The notes under the pieces are model-generated. The model saw nothing but the letters and a program-made list of their open reading frames with translations, made no database searches and was not told the DNA's origin. Made by a program: the position numbers and the translations under genes. 64,000 bases of DNA, from contig JAWLHJ010000006.1 of the NCBI GenBank assembly GCA_041690395.1, forward strand, positions 262,530-326,529. The letters are read 5' to 3'. The stretch is from Longimicrobiales bacterium (GTDB lineage: Bacteria; Gemmatimonadota; Gemmatimonadetes; Longimicrobiales; Gaopeijiaceae). Shown here in pieces: positions 1 to 10,215 of the stretch (the first letter of the stretch is position 1; each line of letters begins with the position of its first letter).

Positions 1-1
1 C

Positions 2-61
2 CTGAGGTCTATCGAGCGCGAGCTCGCCCGTCAGATCTACGTGGTTCCGGACGAAGCCTGA
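2..61 (+). CDS. 3' end of a gene entering from the left edge (partial; ...LRSIERELARQIYVVPDEA*)
   Basis: Frame-2 open stretch with typical GC3-rich codons ending at TGA 59-61, convergent with the next gene; too short to identify. Confidence 0.4.
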   Translation: MRSIERELARQIYVVPDEA

Positions 62-71
62 CCCGGTCCGT

Positions 72-1028
72 TCACCGCACCCCCGCGCACCGTGGAAGGG
101 CATCCGTCTGTTCGGACGATCCCGCGAAGACGCCGAAGCGCCGCATGACGCCCGATGCGAACACGCCGCTCCCGTCTCCATGGACGCTCGGCACCCGAAC
201 CTGCCCGGACGGGTTGAAGTTCCCGCCACGCGCCCAGTTCACGTAGTTCCGGTCCGTGGCCGTGATCCCGACGAACGCCTGCGTCTCGTCCGGCAGCCCA
301 CGCTGCAGTCGAACCGTGAGCGCTTGGTCGAGGTCGAATCGGTCGAAGACGCCGAACTCGGACGGGAAGACGATCGTCGTGTCGCTCGCGGACAGCGACA
401 ATCCCAGCAGGAAGAGCTCGTCCGGTGCCTCGATGCCCTCGTCCTCGAGCGCCCGGTCCAACCCGTCGATCCGCGTCTCGTTGACGTAGGCGCTCGCCCC
501 GCTCGCCGCCGACCACCGGACCTCGAACGGCGTATCCGGGCGCACGCCGCACGGCGAGGCCTGCTGCTCCAGCCGGAAGTCTCCGGGAATCGTCGTGCGT
601 CCACCGAGCGTGCGGCCGTCGGCGAGTCGCACGGTCAGTTCGAGCTCGTCGCCCGGCCGGAGTCGCGACGCCGCCGCTCCGGCGTCGTAGCACACCCCCG
701 GGCGGACCCGGTCGCCGTCGCTGATGCAGTTCTGGTCGTCCACGGCCTCCAGGACGAACCGCCGTCCATCGGTCCGCACGACTTCCACCTCGGCCGGCGG
801 GATGTCCGACGCTCCTTCACCACCCACGGTTCGGCTCACGAACGCCCACAACCGCCGCCCGACCGTCGGGTCCGGGGTGTCCACGCCGACGAGCGCGTAG
901 GCCTCGACGATGATCACGTCCTCTACGTCGACGACCGTCACCTCCTGCAGCTCACACGCGGCCATCGTCAGGACGGCGACGAGGACGATCGCGAGGGCGG
1001 CGGCGCCTCTCGGGGTCCGGCCGGCCAT
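72..1028 (-). CDS. DUF4249-like lipoprotein, partner of the upstream TonB-dependent receptor
   Basis: ATG at 1028 overlaps the receptor stop (TGATG); signal peptide with lipobox LTMAAC; C-terminal 'PSVHGDGSGVFAS' resembles the DUF4249 'SN..GG.GVF' end. Confidence 0.7.
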   Translation of the reverse strand: MAGRTPRGAAALAIVLVAVLTMAACELQEVTVVDVEDVIIVEAYALVGVDTPDPTVGRRLWAFVSRTVGGEGASDIPPAEVEVVRTDGRRFVLEAVDDQNCISDGDRVRPGVCYDAGAAASRLRPGDELELTVRLADGRTLGGRTTIPGDFRLEQQASPCGVRPDTPFEVRWSAASGASAYVNETRIDGLDRALEDEGIEAPDELFLLGLSLSASDTTIVFPSEFGVFDRFDLDQALTVRLQRGLPDETQAFVGITATDRNYVNWARGGNFNPSGQVRVPSVHGDGSGVFASGVMRRFGVFAGSSEQTDALPRCAGVR

Positions 1029-3418
1029 CAGAAGCGGATCTCCAGGCCGACCGTCGGAAGGACGGGGAACATCGAGATCCCGGAGCGCACGGGTGGCGAC
1101 CGGTCGTACTCGTAGAAGTAGAAGAGCACGTTCCTCTGGTTGTAGACGTTCACGAGGTTCACGTACGGAACCAGCGTGCCCCAGCTCCGCGTCATCGTCT
1201 TGCGGAAGCTCAGGTCGAGCCGGTGATAGGCCGGGTAGCGGGACGCGTTCCGGTTCTCGAGCTCGACCGCGTACGACCCGTCGAAGCCCTCCTCGTCGTC
1301 GGAGCCCGTCCAACGCAGCCGTCCGCCGTCGTCGAGGAAGCGAGGCGAGTGATACGCGTAGCTCCCGACGGCGCGCGTGTAGGGCGTGCCCGTGCCGAAG
1401 TTCCACCGCACCCCGCCCTCCCACCCCCACGGGGCCGGATAGGTCAGCACCAGATCCGCGTCGATCCGGCGGTCGAAGATCGGCGCGTAGGTGGCCTCCA
1501 CGCCGGACCCGAGCGCCGCGAACGGGTCCGGGAAGGTTCGCTCCGCCCGCAGCAACGAGAGCGACAGCCAGCCGTTCACGATGCCGCGCTCACGGCGCAG
1601 GAAGAGGTCGACCCCCTTCGAGAGACCGTCCCCGGACATGATGTCGTCGGTCGGGTCGGAAGGGTCGTCGGACGGATCGAACGCGACGACGCCGTCGAAG
1701 CTCCGCAGATACGCCTCGGCCGACCAGAACCAGTCCACGCCCAGATAACCCTCGAGGCCCACCTGGACCTGGTCGGACACGACATGCGGGGCCCGGTCTC
1801 CGGCGAGTACCCAGATGTCGAGCCCCAACGGAATCTCCTCATCGCGCAGCGAGTGCAGGAACTGCGTGTAGCGACCGACCGCGACTTTCGCCGCCACGTC
1901 CGTCCCGAAGAAACGCTTCAGCGCGAGTCGCGGCGCCAGCTCGATGGTCGTGCGGCCCGGGCTCGGAAGCCACGCGTCCGCACGAACCCCGGCTTCCAGC
2001 AGCCACCTCCCTGGCCGGGTCCAGGCCACCTGAGTGTGCGCGCCGAACAGGGTGCCCGTGCCGTCCCCACCGGCGAAGCGCGTTCCGCCGGTGGCGAACA
2101 CGTTGTCGTACGCCATCCGCTCCACGCCGGCTCCCATGGCGACGCGCCATGCCGCCGAAGGCCTGGTCTCCAGGTCCGCCCGGAGCTGCATCTGGGAGAT
2201 GCCGCTCCGGAGATTGGTGTCCGAGAAGTCGGGGAAAGCCAGGCCGGTTCGGAAGCGGCTGATGTTCGCCTTGAGGTCGAGCGATCCCCCGCCGCGCCGG
2301 GGGTGCGTCCAGCGCAGGCCGACCAGGTCGTTGCCCCAATCCCAATCGATGCGGAGAGGGAAATCGTCGGCTTCGAGCCGCGTGAGGTCGAGGACGTCCC
2401 GCCCGCTGTAGGCCGTCACGGTGAGCTTGTCGCCCCCTGGTGACCACCCCTCCACGACCGCCTGGAAGTCCGTCAGGTGATAAGGGAAGTCGAAGAGGGG
2501 CTTGAAGAGGACGTCGAAGTACGATCGTCGGGCCGACGCGCGGAAGCGCAGCGTCGACTGTCCGAGGGCGTCTGCGACGGCCGCCGGGAACGCACCGCCG
2601 ACCGCGGCGCGGCTGGCGAGCAGGGAGATGCCCGCGTCGACGCCCGTGTCGCCGTCGCCCGCCTCGCTCTCGATACGGAGGACGGAGGAAACCCGCCCCC
2701 CGTGCTCGGCCCCGAAGCCTCCGGAAAGCAGCTCCACCCGGTCGATCATGTCCGCGTTGAAGACCGAGAAGAGGCCGCCGAGGTGGAACGGGCTGAAGAT
2801 CGGCACGCCGTCGAGCAGGACGAGGTTCTGGTCCTGCGAGCCGCCCCGCACGTTGAACGACGCGCTGAAGTCCGACGTGGAGACCACGCCGGGCAGCACT
2901 TCGATGGCACGGATCGGGTCCGTCTCCCCCACGCCGGGCACGAACTGGAGGTCGACGAGCTCCATCTCGCGGACGGTCACTCCGGCGATCTCCTCGAAGC
3001 GCACGCGCTCGCGACTGCGCTCCGCCTCCACCGATATCCCTTCCAGCTCGATCGCGCGGGATTCGAGCGTGATATCGAGGTCGATGGTTTCGCCGGACGC
3101 AAGCGACACCGTCTCCTCGTACTCCGCGAAGCCGAGAGCGACCACCGTGAGATCGTAGCTTCCCGGCTCCAGCGGGCTAATGCGGAACGAGCCCAGCGGC
3201 CCGGTCCCGACCGAACGCGATACTCCGCCCGCGGACTCGATACGGACGACCGCACCCGACACGGCCGCGCCCTCGCCGTCGTGGACCCGCCCTTGGACGG
3301 TGCCGGCCTCGGCCGTACCGATCTGAGCCACGACCGGTGCGGCCAACCCGGACGCCAGCATCAGTACGACGCCGCGGCCGAGGCTCCTGAGGAGCGTCCT
3401 CATGATGCGGTCCGTCAT
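1028..3418 (-). CDS. TonB-dependent receptor with N-terminal carboxypeptidase-regulatory-like domain and plug
   Basis: Signal peptide; 'GTVQGRVHD.EG.AV.GA.V'; plug 'LPGV...FNVRGG..DQNLVLLDGVPI..PFHLGGLFS.FN'; 'YHRLDL'; C-terminal Phe. Confidence 0.9.
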   Translation of the reverse strand: MTDRIMRTLLRSLGRGVVLMLASGLAAPVVAQIGTAEAGTVQGRVHDGEGAAVSGAVVRIESAGGVSRSVGTGPLGSFRISPLEPGSYDLTVVALGFAEYEETVSLASGETIDLDITLESRAIELEGISVEAERSRERVRFEEIAGVTVREMELVDLQFVPGVGETDPIRAIEVLPGVVSTSDFSASFNVRGGSQDQNLVLLDGVPIFSPFHLGGLFSVFNADMIDRVELLSGGFGAEHGGRVSSVLRIESEAGDGDTGVDAGISLLASRAAVGGAFPAAVADALGQSTLRFRASARRSYFDVLFKPLFDFPYHLTDFQAVVEGWSPGGDKLTVTAYSGRDVLDLTRLEADDFPLRIDWDWGNDLVGLRWTHPRRGGGSLDLKANISRFRTGLAFPDFSDTNLRSGISQMQLRADLETRPSAAWRVAMGAGVERMAYDNVFATGGTRFAGGDGTGTLFGAHTQVAWTRPGRWLLEAGVRADAWLPSPGRTTIELAPRLALKRFFGTDVAAKVAVGRYTQFLHSLRDEEIPLGLDIWVLAGDRAPHVVSDQVQVGLEGYLGVDWFWSAEAYLRSFDGVVAFDPSDDPSDPTDDIMSGDGLSKGVDLFLRRERGIVNGWLSLSLLRAERTFPDPFAALGSGVEATYAPIFDRRIDADLVLTYPAPWGWEGGVRWNFGTGTPYTRAVGSYAYHSPRFLDDGGRLRWTGSDDEEGFDGSYAVELENRNASRYPAYHRLDLSFRKTMTRSWGTLVPYVNLVNVYNQRNVLFYFYEYDRSPPVRSGISMFPVLPTVGLEIRF

Positions 3419-3570
3419 CGGGTCATGCGCTCAAGCCATCGGAGGTGGGACGCGGGCCGCCGTCGGACGCGCGTACGATCGGTTCGGACCCGATACCCTG
3501 GAGACGGCCCGGATGATCACTCCGGTCGACTGCCGGATCGCCGACGCGCCCTCCTACGAGAGCCGCGCGC

Positions 3571-5259
3571 TCACGGCAGGAACGCGGGCGGGCGCAGCAG
3601 GTGGAAGTCCGTAGCCTCCTGATAGGCACGCGCGACCGAGAGCAGCGTCGCCTCGTCGTAGAGCCGTCCGATGAAGGTGATGCTGTTCGGCGAGTCCGGG
3701 TCACGCATGCCGTTCGGGACGGCGATCGCCGGGTGGCCCGTGAGGTTCGTCAGGAGCGAGCTGTCGCCGCGTCCGGCCGGGGCCGCATAGACGTCTACTT
3801 CGGTGAAGAGGTCGCGCATGTCCACGCCGAGCAGCGCGCGGATACGGTTCGCCTGTATGTACTCCGCGGCCGGGATGAGTCGAGCGCTGCGCAGCACGTT
3901 CGGCCATGCATCGACCACCTGGCGCGGCAGCTCGTCGTCACGGTTCGAGAGCGTGATCCGGTCGAACGACGCGGCCGCCTCCGCTCCGAGGATGAGGCTG
4001 AGCGGCCCGATGGGTCCGTCCGGCAGGTCGACCGGGACCAGGCTGGCGCCGAGCGAGCGCAGCACCTCCAGCGTCTCGAGGTCCAGCCCCACGTCCGGGC
4101 CGTCTCCCTCGAAGTCGGCTTCCACGTAGCCGACCGTGAGCTCCGACCAGTCCACGCCGGGCTCGTAGTTGAACGGCGCGTCGACCGCGCTCGGATCGAT
4201 GCCGTCGGCGCCCCGAATCGCGTCGAGCACCATGCCGCAGTCCTCGGCGACCCGGCAGATCGGCCCGACCTTGTCCATCGACCAGCTCACCGCCATGGCA
4301 CCGGCCCGACTCACGCGGCCGAAGGTGGGTCGGAGCCCGGTGACCCCCGTCGTCGCCGACGGCGACACGATGGAGCCCCACGTCTCGGTCCCGATCGCGA
4401 ACGGGGCGAGTCCGGCCGACACCGCCGCGGCCGACCCGGCCGACGACCCGCTCGAGCCTTCCTCGAGATTCCACGGGTTCCGTGTCCGCCCGCCGAACCA
4501 CACGTCGCCCCACGCCAGGGCGCCGAGGCTCACCTTGGCGAGGAGCACCGCGCCGGCCTCCGCCAACTCGGTCGCGACCGTGGCCGTGCCGTCCATCTCC
4601 TCGAAGCCGGACGGGACGGCGCCCCAGGTCGTCGGGTAGCCCTCGAGGGCGAAGAGGTCCTTGAGCACGTACGGGATGCCATGAAGCGGCCCCCGATCCG
4701 TCCCCGCAGCCAGCTCGGCGTCGGCCGTCGCGGCCTGGGCGAGCGCCTCGTCCTCGAGGAGCGTCACCACCAGCTCGAGGCTGGGATCGTGCCGCTCGAT
4801 CCGGTCGAGGTACATGCGGGTGAGCTCCACCGATGTGACCTGACCGGTCCGCAGCAGCGCCCCGAGCTCGGCGATGGTCCAGTACGCCGCCTCCTCCAGC
4901 GACTCGGGGCGGGTGACCGCCGGGAGCGGGCTCCACACGGGTCCGTCGTCCCGCTCGGGCAGCATCCATGACACCGGTCCGGGCACGAAGTTGATGGCGG
5001 GCATGACCGCCTGGTCCGGGCCTGCCGCCCGGATCTCCCCGTAGCTTTCCCTTAGCGCCGCGAGGTCCTGGAAGAACTGCTGTCGCTCGAGCATCTGCGA
5101 CCGCTCCTCCGGAGTGAACGCGAGCCCGAGGATCTCCTCCGCGGCACGGATCTCGTCCGCTGTGATCCCCTCCAGCTCCGCGTCGTCGGAGGGAGCACAA
5201 CCGGCGGCCAGAAGACCCGTTGCGAGGATGAGGAGTCGGTGGAGCGGGCGGACGATCAT
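3571..5259 (-). CDS. Amidase-signature family enzyme, lipoprotein
   Basis: ATG 5259 with SD AAGGAG; lipobox LAAGC; 'GPLHGIPYVLKD', 'GSSGSSAGSAAAV', 'GTETWGSIVSP', 'GLRPTFGRVSR'. Confidence 0.9.
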   Translation of the reverse strand: MIVRPLHRLLILATGLLAAGCAPSDDAELEGITADEIRAAEEILGLAFTPEERSQMLERQQFFQDLAALRESYGEIRAAGPDQAVMPAINFVPGPVSWMLPERDDGPVWSPLPAVTRPESLEEAAYWTIAELGALLRTGQVTSVELTRMYLDRIERHDPSLELVVTLLEDEALAQAATADAELAAGTDRGPLHGIPYVLKDLFALEGYPTTWGAVPSGFEEMDGTATVATELAEAGAVLLAKVSLGALAWGDVWFGGRTRNPWNLEEGSSGSSAGSAAAVSAGLAPFAIGTETWGSIVSPSATTGVTGLRPTFGRVSRAGAMAVSWSMDKVGPICRVAEDCGMVLDAIRGADGIDPSAVDAPFNYEPGVDWSELTVGYVEADFEGDGPDVGLDLETLEVLRSLGASLVPVDLPDGPIGPLSLILGAEAAASFDRITLSNRDDELPRQVVDAWPNVLRSARLIPAAEYIQANRIRALLGVDMRDLFTEVDVYAAPAGRGDSSLLTNLTGHPAIAVPNGMRDPDSPNSITFIGRLYDEATLLSVARAYQEATDFHLLRPPAFLP

Positions 5260-5559
5260 GGCTGGCTCTCCTTCACGGGACGACGCGAAACGACGGCCGG
5301 CACGGGCTTGCCGGCTCGACGGCAACCTGCAGATGCGACCCCCGACTGGCCAGGGAGGCCGCCGCGCGGCATCCGGCCAATCCCGGAAATTGAAGCCTGA
5401 TTGGTCGGAATTTGCGGGACCGGGGGAGTGACCGTATCGTGACGCGATGACACCGGGAGCTCCTCCCACCTCCCCTCCCCCCCGATGCGGACGGAAACCC
5501 GGTGCTCGCCGGTCGTTAGGACCGGCCTCGTACGTACCCCGCCATAGGAGTCGGCACTC

Positions 5560-8500
5560 ATGTCCTCCTCTCGTTCGAACCCATCTCCGGGCGCAGGGCC
5601 CCTCGGTCGGGCTGCACCCGAAAACCGAGCGCATCGACCGATGTCGGTCGCCGCTCTGCTCCTCGCCTTCGCGATCTGGGCAGCCCCCGCGGCCGCGCAG
5701 GACCAGGTCGGAGGACGCGTCCTCGACGCGAACACGAACCAGCCGCTGTCGGGGGTGCAGGTGTCGGTCCAGGGCACCGGACTCGGCGCCCTGACGCAGG
5801 CCAACGGGACATTCCTGGTCCGCGGCCTCACCCAGTCCACGGTCACCGTCGAGGCGCTCATGCTCGGCTACACGACCTGGACCGGCGAGGTCGCCGCGGG
5901 AACGACGGACCTGGTGATCCGCATGGAGCCCCGGGCCGTGGAGCTCAACGCGATCGTGGTTACAGGAACCGCGGGCGCTCAGCAGGCGCGCTCGCTCGGA
6001 AACACCGTGGGCCGCGTCCGTGCCGACGAGCTCACCCAGATCGCGCCCCCCTCGGACGTCGAGTCCCTCCTCACCGGCTCGGTCCCGGGCATGAACGTGT
6101 CGGCCGGCGGCGGTGAGATCGGGACCGGCAGCAACATCCGGATTCGCGGGGCGAGCTCCGTGGCGCTCAGCTCCCAGCCGCTCGTCTACATCGACGGGGT
6201 GCGGGTGAACGGCAGCAACGCGGACACCGGCGGCGGCATCGGCGGGGTCGGCATCGACAACTCCGTGCCGCCTTCCCGCCTGAACGACATCAACCCCGAG
6301 GACATCGAGTCCATCGAGGTCATCAAGGGCCCGGCGGCCGCGACGCTGTACGGGACCGAAGCGTCGAACGGCGTCATCAACATCATCACCAAGCGGGGCG
6401 ACCGTGGCTCGCCGAGCTTCACCTTCACGCTGAAACAGGGAGCGAACTGGCTCCCCGACCCGGAAGGGTACTTCCCGAGCACCTACTACCGGTGCCAGGG
6501 AACTGGCGACTGCACGCCGGGCGAGGTGACGGAGTTCAACGTCCTCCGCGAGGACCGGATCCGGAACGGGAACGAGTGGTTCCAGACCGGTCAGGCGCAG
6601 GGATACGCCGCGAGCGTGAGCGGCGGTACGGATGAAGTCCGGTACTACTTCTCGGGCGACTGGGACCGGGACGAGGGCATCGTCGACTACAACTGGCAGA
6701 ATCAGATGCGTGGCCGGGCGAACCTCAACTGGACGCCCCGCGAGGACTTCGACCTGCAGTTCGGCGTGGGCGGCGTGCGCTCGGTGCTGTCGACCGCCTC
6801 GGCGAACCAGCCCATCACCACGGCCATCCTCTGGTCCTGCTTCGGCGGCTGCGAGGAGGGTCAGCCTGGAAACACGGTCGACTCTCCGCAGCGTGGCTAC
6901 ATCGGCTACCTCCCGGAGGTGCTCGCGGACTCCGTCGAGGGCCGACAGGCCGTGAACCGCAGCACCTACAACGCGACGGCCACCCACCGGCCGACGCCGT
7001 GGCTGACGCACCGCCTCCGTTGGGGCGCGGACTGGACCGAGACCAACAACACGGAGCTGTACCGGCCCATCAGCGGTCCCGGACATGGTCAGCCCCAGGG
7101 GTCGAAGACGGCGCAGCGCCAGACGTCGCAGTACGTCACGCTCGACTACTCGGCGACCGCCGACTGGAACGCCACGGAGGACATGGCGTTCTCGACCTCC
7201 GCCGGGGTCCAGTACTACCAGCGCCAGTTCGACTGGGTCTACGCCCGTGGCGCGATCTTCCCGGTCGCCACGCTCGAAACCGTCAGCGCCGGGTCGCAGA
7301 AGGCCGCCGAAGAGGGCTTCGTCGAGAACAAGACCCTCGGCGCCTACATCCAGGAGCAGTTCTCGTGGCGCAACCGTCTATTCCTGACTGCGGCGGCGCG
7401 CGGGGACGACAACTCGGCCTTCGGACAGAACTTCGACTTCGTGCTGTATCCGAAGTTCAGCGCCAGCTGGGTGCTGTCGGAGGAGCCCTTCCTCGAGGAC
7501 AGCGAGCTGTTCGACCAGCTCCGCTTCCGCGCGGCGTGGGGACGGGCCGGTCAGCAGCCCGACGTCTTCGCGGCGCTCCGTACCTACGAGCCGTCCACCG
7601 GACCGGGCGGCAGCTCCGGGCTCAGGCCCGACAACATCGGTAACGCGGACCTGAAGCCGGAGGTCGGTGAGGAGCTCGAGCTCGGATTCGACGCGAGCAT
7701 CCTGGACGACCGGCTGAGCTTCGAGCTCACCTACTACGATCAGACGCGGAAGGACGCGCTCATCGAGGTCCCGGTGAGGCCTTCCGTCGGGTTCCCCGGT
7801 ACGCAGTTCCAGAACATCGGAGAGATCGCCAACTCCGGCTTCGAGTTCGGCATCAACGCCGGCGTCGCGCAGGGGGACGACTGGAATCTCGACATGAGCC
7901 TCAGTCTGTCCACGAACAGCAACGAGCTCGTGTCACTCGGTGGACTACCGCCGCAGATCCTGAACGCGTCCAACCCGACCACCGGGTGGGCCGGACAGTA
8001 CTACGTCGAGAACTTCCCACTCGGCGCGATCTTCCTCAAGAACGTGGTCTCCGCGGACATCACGGGCTCCGGCGCGACCGCGGTCGCGACGAACGTGATG
8101 TGCGAGGGTGGCGACGTCATCGCCGGCACGCCGAGCCTCTCGCGAGGCGGTGGCTCCGCGGTGTCGTGCGACGACGCGCCCTACATCTACCAGGGCGCGC
8201 CGGTCCCGACCAGGGAAGCCACTTGGACCAGCACGCTCACGCTCTTCAACGACCTGCAGCTCTTCGCTCAGGTCGACTACCAGGGCGGGCATACCATGGT
8301 GAACGGGACGGCCGCCGGCGCGCACACCTTCTTCAAGGTGACGCGGGAAATCCAGGAGCGTGAGGATCCGATCCTCCTGGGCTACGAGGCGCTGGGCTCG
8401 GAAGGGATGAACCAGCCCGGCCTCATCGACGCGAGCTTCGCGAAGCTCCGGCGCGTTTCGGCGAGCTACACGCTCCCGGGCGAGTTCGCGTCTCGGTTCG

Positions 8501-8709
8501 GGGCGAGCAACCTCACCCTGAACCTTTCCGCCCATAACCTTTGGACCATCTGGCAGGCGACGGACGAGATGTTCGGCTACCCCATCCAGGATCCCGAGCA
8601 GAGGGACACCGGAGCGGCCGGGAACGACCCCGGCGGGCTCCACGCCTACGTGCAGGAAGCATGGCCGCCCATCAAGCGGCTGCTCTTCACCATTCGGGCC
8701 ACGTTCTGA
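5560..8709 (+). CDS. SusC/RagA family TonB-linked outer membrane protein
   Basis: SD AGGAG; signal peptide; 'IRIRGASS', 'PLVYIDGV', 'LNDINPEDIESIEVIKGPAAATLYGTEASNGVINIITKRG', 'NADLKPE'; C-terminal F. Confidence 0.92.
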   Translation: MSSSRSNPSPGAGPLGRAAPENRAHRPMSVAALLLAFAIWAAPAAAQDQVGGRVLDANTNQPLSGVQVSVQGTGLGALTQANGTFLVRGLTQSTVTVEALMLGYTTWTGEVAAGTTDLVIRMEPRAVELNAIVVTGTAGAQQARSLGNTVGRVRADELTQIAPPSDVESLLTGSVPGMNVSAGGGEIGTGSNIRIRGASSVALSSQPLVYIDGVRVNGSNADTGGGIGGVGIDNSVPPSRLNDINPEDIESIEVIKGPAAATLYGTEASNGVINIITKRGDRGSPSFTFTLKQGANWLPDPEGYFPSTYYRCQGTGDCTPGEVTEFNVLREDRIRNGNEWFQTGQAQGYAASVSGGTDEVRYYFSGDWDRDEGIVDYNWQNQMRGRANLNWTPREDFDLQFGVGGVRSVLSTASANQPITTAILWSCFGGCEEGQPGNTVDSPQRGYIGYLPEVLADSVEGRQAVNRSTYNATATHRPTPWLTHRLRWGADWTETNNTELYRPISGPGHGQPQGSKTAQRQTSQYVTLDYSATADWNATEDMAFSTSAGVQYYQRQFDWVYARGAIFPVATLETVSAGSQKAAEEGFVENKTLGAYIQEQFSWRNRLFLTAAARGDDNSAFGQNFDFVLYPKFSASWVLSEEPFLEDSELFDQLRFRAAWGRAGQQPDVFAALRTYEPSTGPGGSSGLRPDNIGNADLKPEVGEELELGFDASILDDRLSFELTYYDQTRKDALIEVPVRPSVGFPGTQFQNIGEIANSGFEFGINAGVAQGDDWNLDMSLSLSTNSNELVSLGGLPPQILNASNPTTGWAGQYYVENFPLGAIFLKNVVSADITGSGATAVATNVMCEGGDVIAGTPSLSRGGGSAVSCDDAPYIYQGAPVPTREATWTSTLTLFNDLQLFAQVDYQGGHTMVNGTAAGAHTFFKVTREIQEREDPILLGYEALGSEGMNQPGLIDASFAKLRRVSASYTLPGEFASRFGASNLTLNLSAHNLWTIWQATDEMFGYPIQDPEQRDTGAAGNDPGGLHAYVQEAWPPIKRLLFTIRATF

Positions 8710-8738
8710 TGAGCCGCCGAGCCAGGAGAATCAACGAT

Positions 8739-10112
8739 ATGAACAGCAAGACGAACACATACCGAGCGAAGCGCCAGCGCACGCGGTCCAGCACCCGTGC
8801 GGTGCTGGGCGCGGCGCTCGTCGCGACCGCGGCACTGGCGGCGTGCGACACCGACAGCCTCCTGGAGGTCGACCTTCCGGGACGGGTGTCCGAAGACGCC
8901 CTGAACGACCCGAGGCTGGCGGGAACGCTCGTCAACTCGGTCATTGCCGACGTGGAATGCTCGTGGGACAACTACGTCGCGGCCGCGGCGCATCACTCCG
9001 ACGAGTGGATCGCCAGCTCCGGAAACTCGACGATGGCCCGGTGGGGACTACGGGACATCTCACCCACCTTCGCCGCTATGGCGACCGGAGGATGCGGCAC
9101 CAGCTACGGTCTCTTCACACCGCTGCACGGCGCCCGCGTCCAGGCGGACAGCAACTTCGAGCGGATCTCGGGCTTCGACGAAGCCGCCGTGCCCGATCGG
9201 ATCGAATACCTGGCCACCATTCGCGCGTACGGCGCGTGGCCGCTCATCGCGTTCAGCGAGGGCTTCTGCGGCACTCCCCTGGACGGGGGCGACACGGTGC
9301 TCGGCCCGCAGGAGCTCGCGGAGCTGGCCGAGGCGCAGTTCACCGAGGCCATCGACCTGGCCACCCAGGCGGGGCGGGACGACCTGGTGAATCTCGCGCT
9401 CCTGGGTAGGGCGCGGGCTCGCCTGACGCTCGGGGACTACCCGGGCGTCATCGACGACGCGGAGGAGATCCCGGAGGACTTCCTCTTCGTGGCGACGCGG
9501 GACAACAGCCCGGGCGACCGCCAGAACGCGCACTACGAGTCGATCAACGGTGGACCGGGGGAGTCTTCGGGAACGAAGCACGCCACTGTCGCGCCGAACT
9601 ATCGAGACGTGCAGTGGAAGGGCGTCGCCGACCCGCGCGTGGACGTGGAGTGGGACGGCACGCTGGGATTCGACTTCTTCACCCGGCACTTCCGCAACAA
9701 CAAGATCAACTCCTACGATGCGCCCACGACCATGGCACGGTGGGCGGAAGCGCGGCTCTTCATGGCCGAGGCCTACGCGATGACGGACGAGCTCGACCTG
9801 GCCATCGCCATCCTGGACGATCTCCACACACGCGCCGGCATACCGGAGGTGAACGACACCGATCTACCGACCCAGGCCGACGTGATCCGCCACATCATCC
9901 AGGAACGGTCCCGGGAGATGTTCTCGGAGGGCGGACACCGGCTGCGTGACCATCTCCGTTGGCGCGGCACCGATTACGAGGTGCCCTTCCTGGGTGAGCC
10001 GGGGTCGATCCACCCGAACGGGCGTCTGCTCGATCCCGAGACGGGCGATCCCCTGCGGGAGTACGAAGACGCGACCTGCTTCCCGGTGCCGACCGTGGAG
10101 ATCTCGGGGTAG
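8739..10112 (+). CDS. SusD/RagB family nutrient-binding lipoprotein
   Basis: SD AGGAG before ATG 8739 (alternative ATG 8709 overlaps the susC-like stop); lipobox LAAC; 'ARWAEARLFMAEA', 'ERSREMFSEGGHRLRD'. Confidence 0.88.
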   Translation: MNSKTNTYRAKRQRTRSSTRAVLGAALVATAALAACDTDSLLEVDLPGRVSEDALNDPRLAGTLVNSVIADVECSWDNYVAAAAHHSDEWIASSGNSTMARWGLRDISPTFAAMATGGCGTSYGLFTPLHGARVQADSNFERISGFDEAAVPDRIEYLATIRAYGAWPLIAFSEGFCGTPLDGGDTVLGPQELAELAEAQFTEAIDLATQAGRDDLVNLALLGRARARLTLGDYPGVIDDAEEIPEDFLFVATRDNSPGDRQNAHYESINGGPGESSGTKHATVAPNYRDVQWKGVADPRVDVEWDGTLGFDFFTRHFRNNKINSYDAPTTMARWAEARLFMAEAYAMTDELDLAIAILDDLHTRAGIPEVNDTDLPTQADVIRHIIQERSREMFSEGGHRLRDHLRWRGTDYEVPFLGEPGSIHPNGRLLDPETGDPLREYEDATCFPVPTVEISG

Positions 10113-10172
10113 GATGACGTAGGACGCAGGGCGCGCCGGCCTCGACGGCCGGTGCCGTTCCGATCGGAAGGG

Positions 10173-10211
10173 CGAGAGCCCGGGCAGCCCTCATGGCCGC
10201 CCGGGCTCTCG
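10173..10211. terminator. Hairpin between the convergent susD-like and ligD genes
   Basis: 13-bp perfect inverted repeat CGAGAGCCCGGGC...GCCCGGGCTCTCG; no strong U-tract. Confidence 0.45.
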
Positions 10212-10215
10212 TGCG

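Noticed and set aside
3423..3704. 93-aa minus-strand ORF between the amidase and the receptor
   Set aside because: Overlaps the amidase in another frame, Arg/Ser/Pro-rich, no motif.
5260..7086. N-terminal 609 aa of the 1171-aa minus-strand ORF 3571-7086
   Set aside because: Mostly antisense shadow of the susC-like gene; the amidase has its own SD, ATG and lipoprotein signal at 5259.
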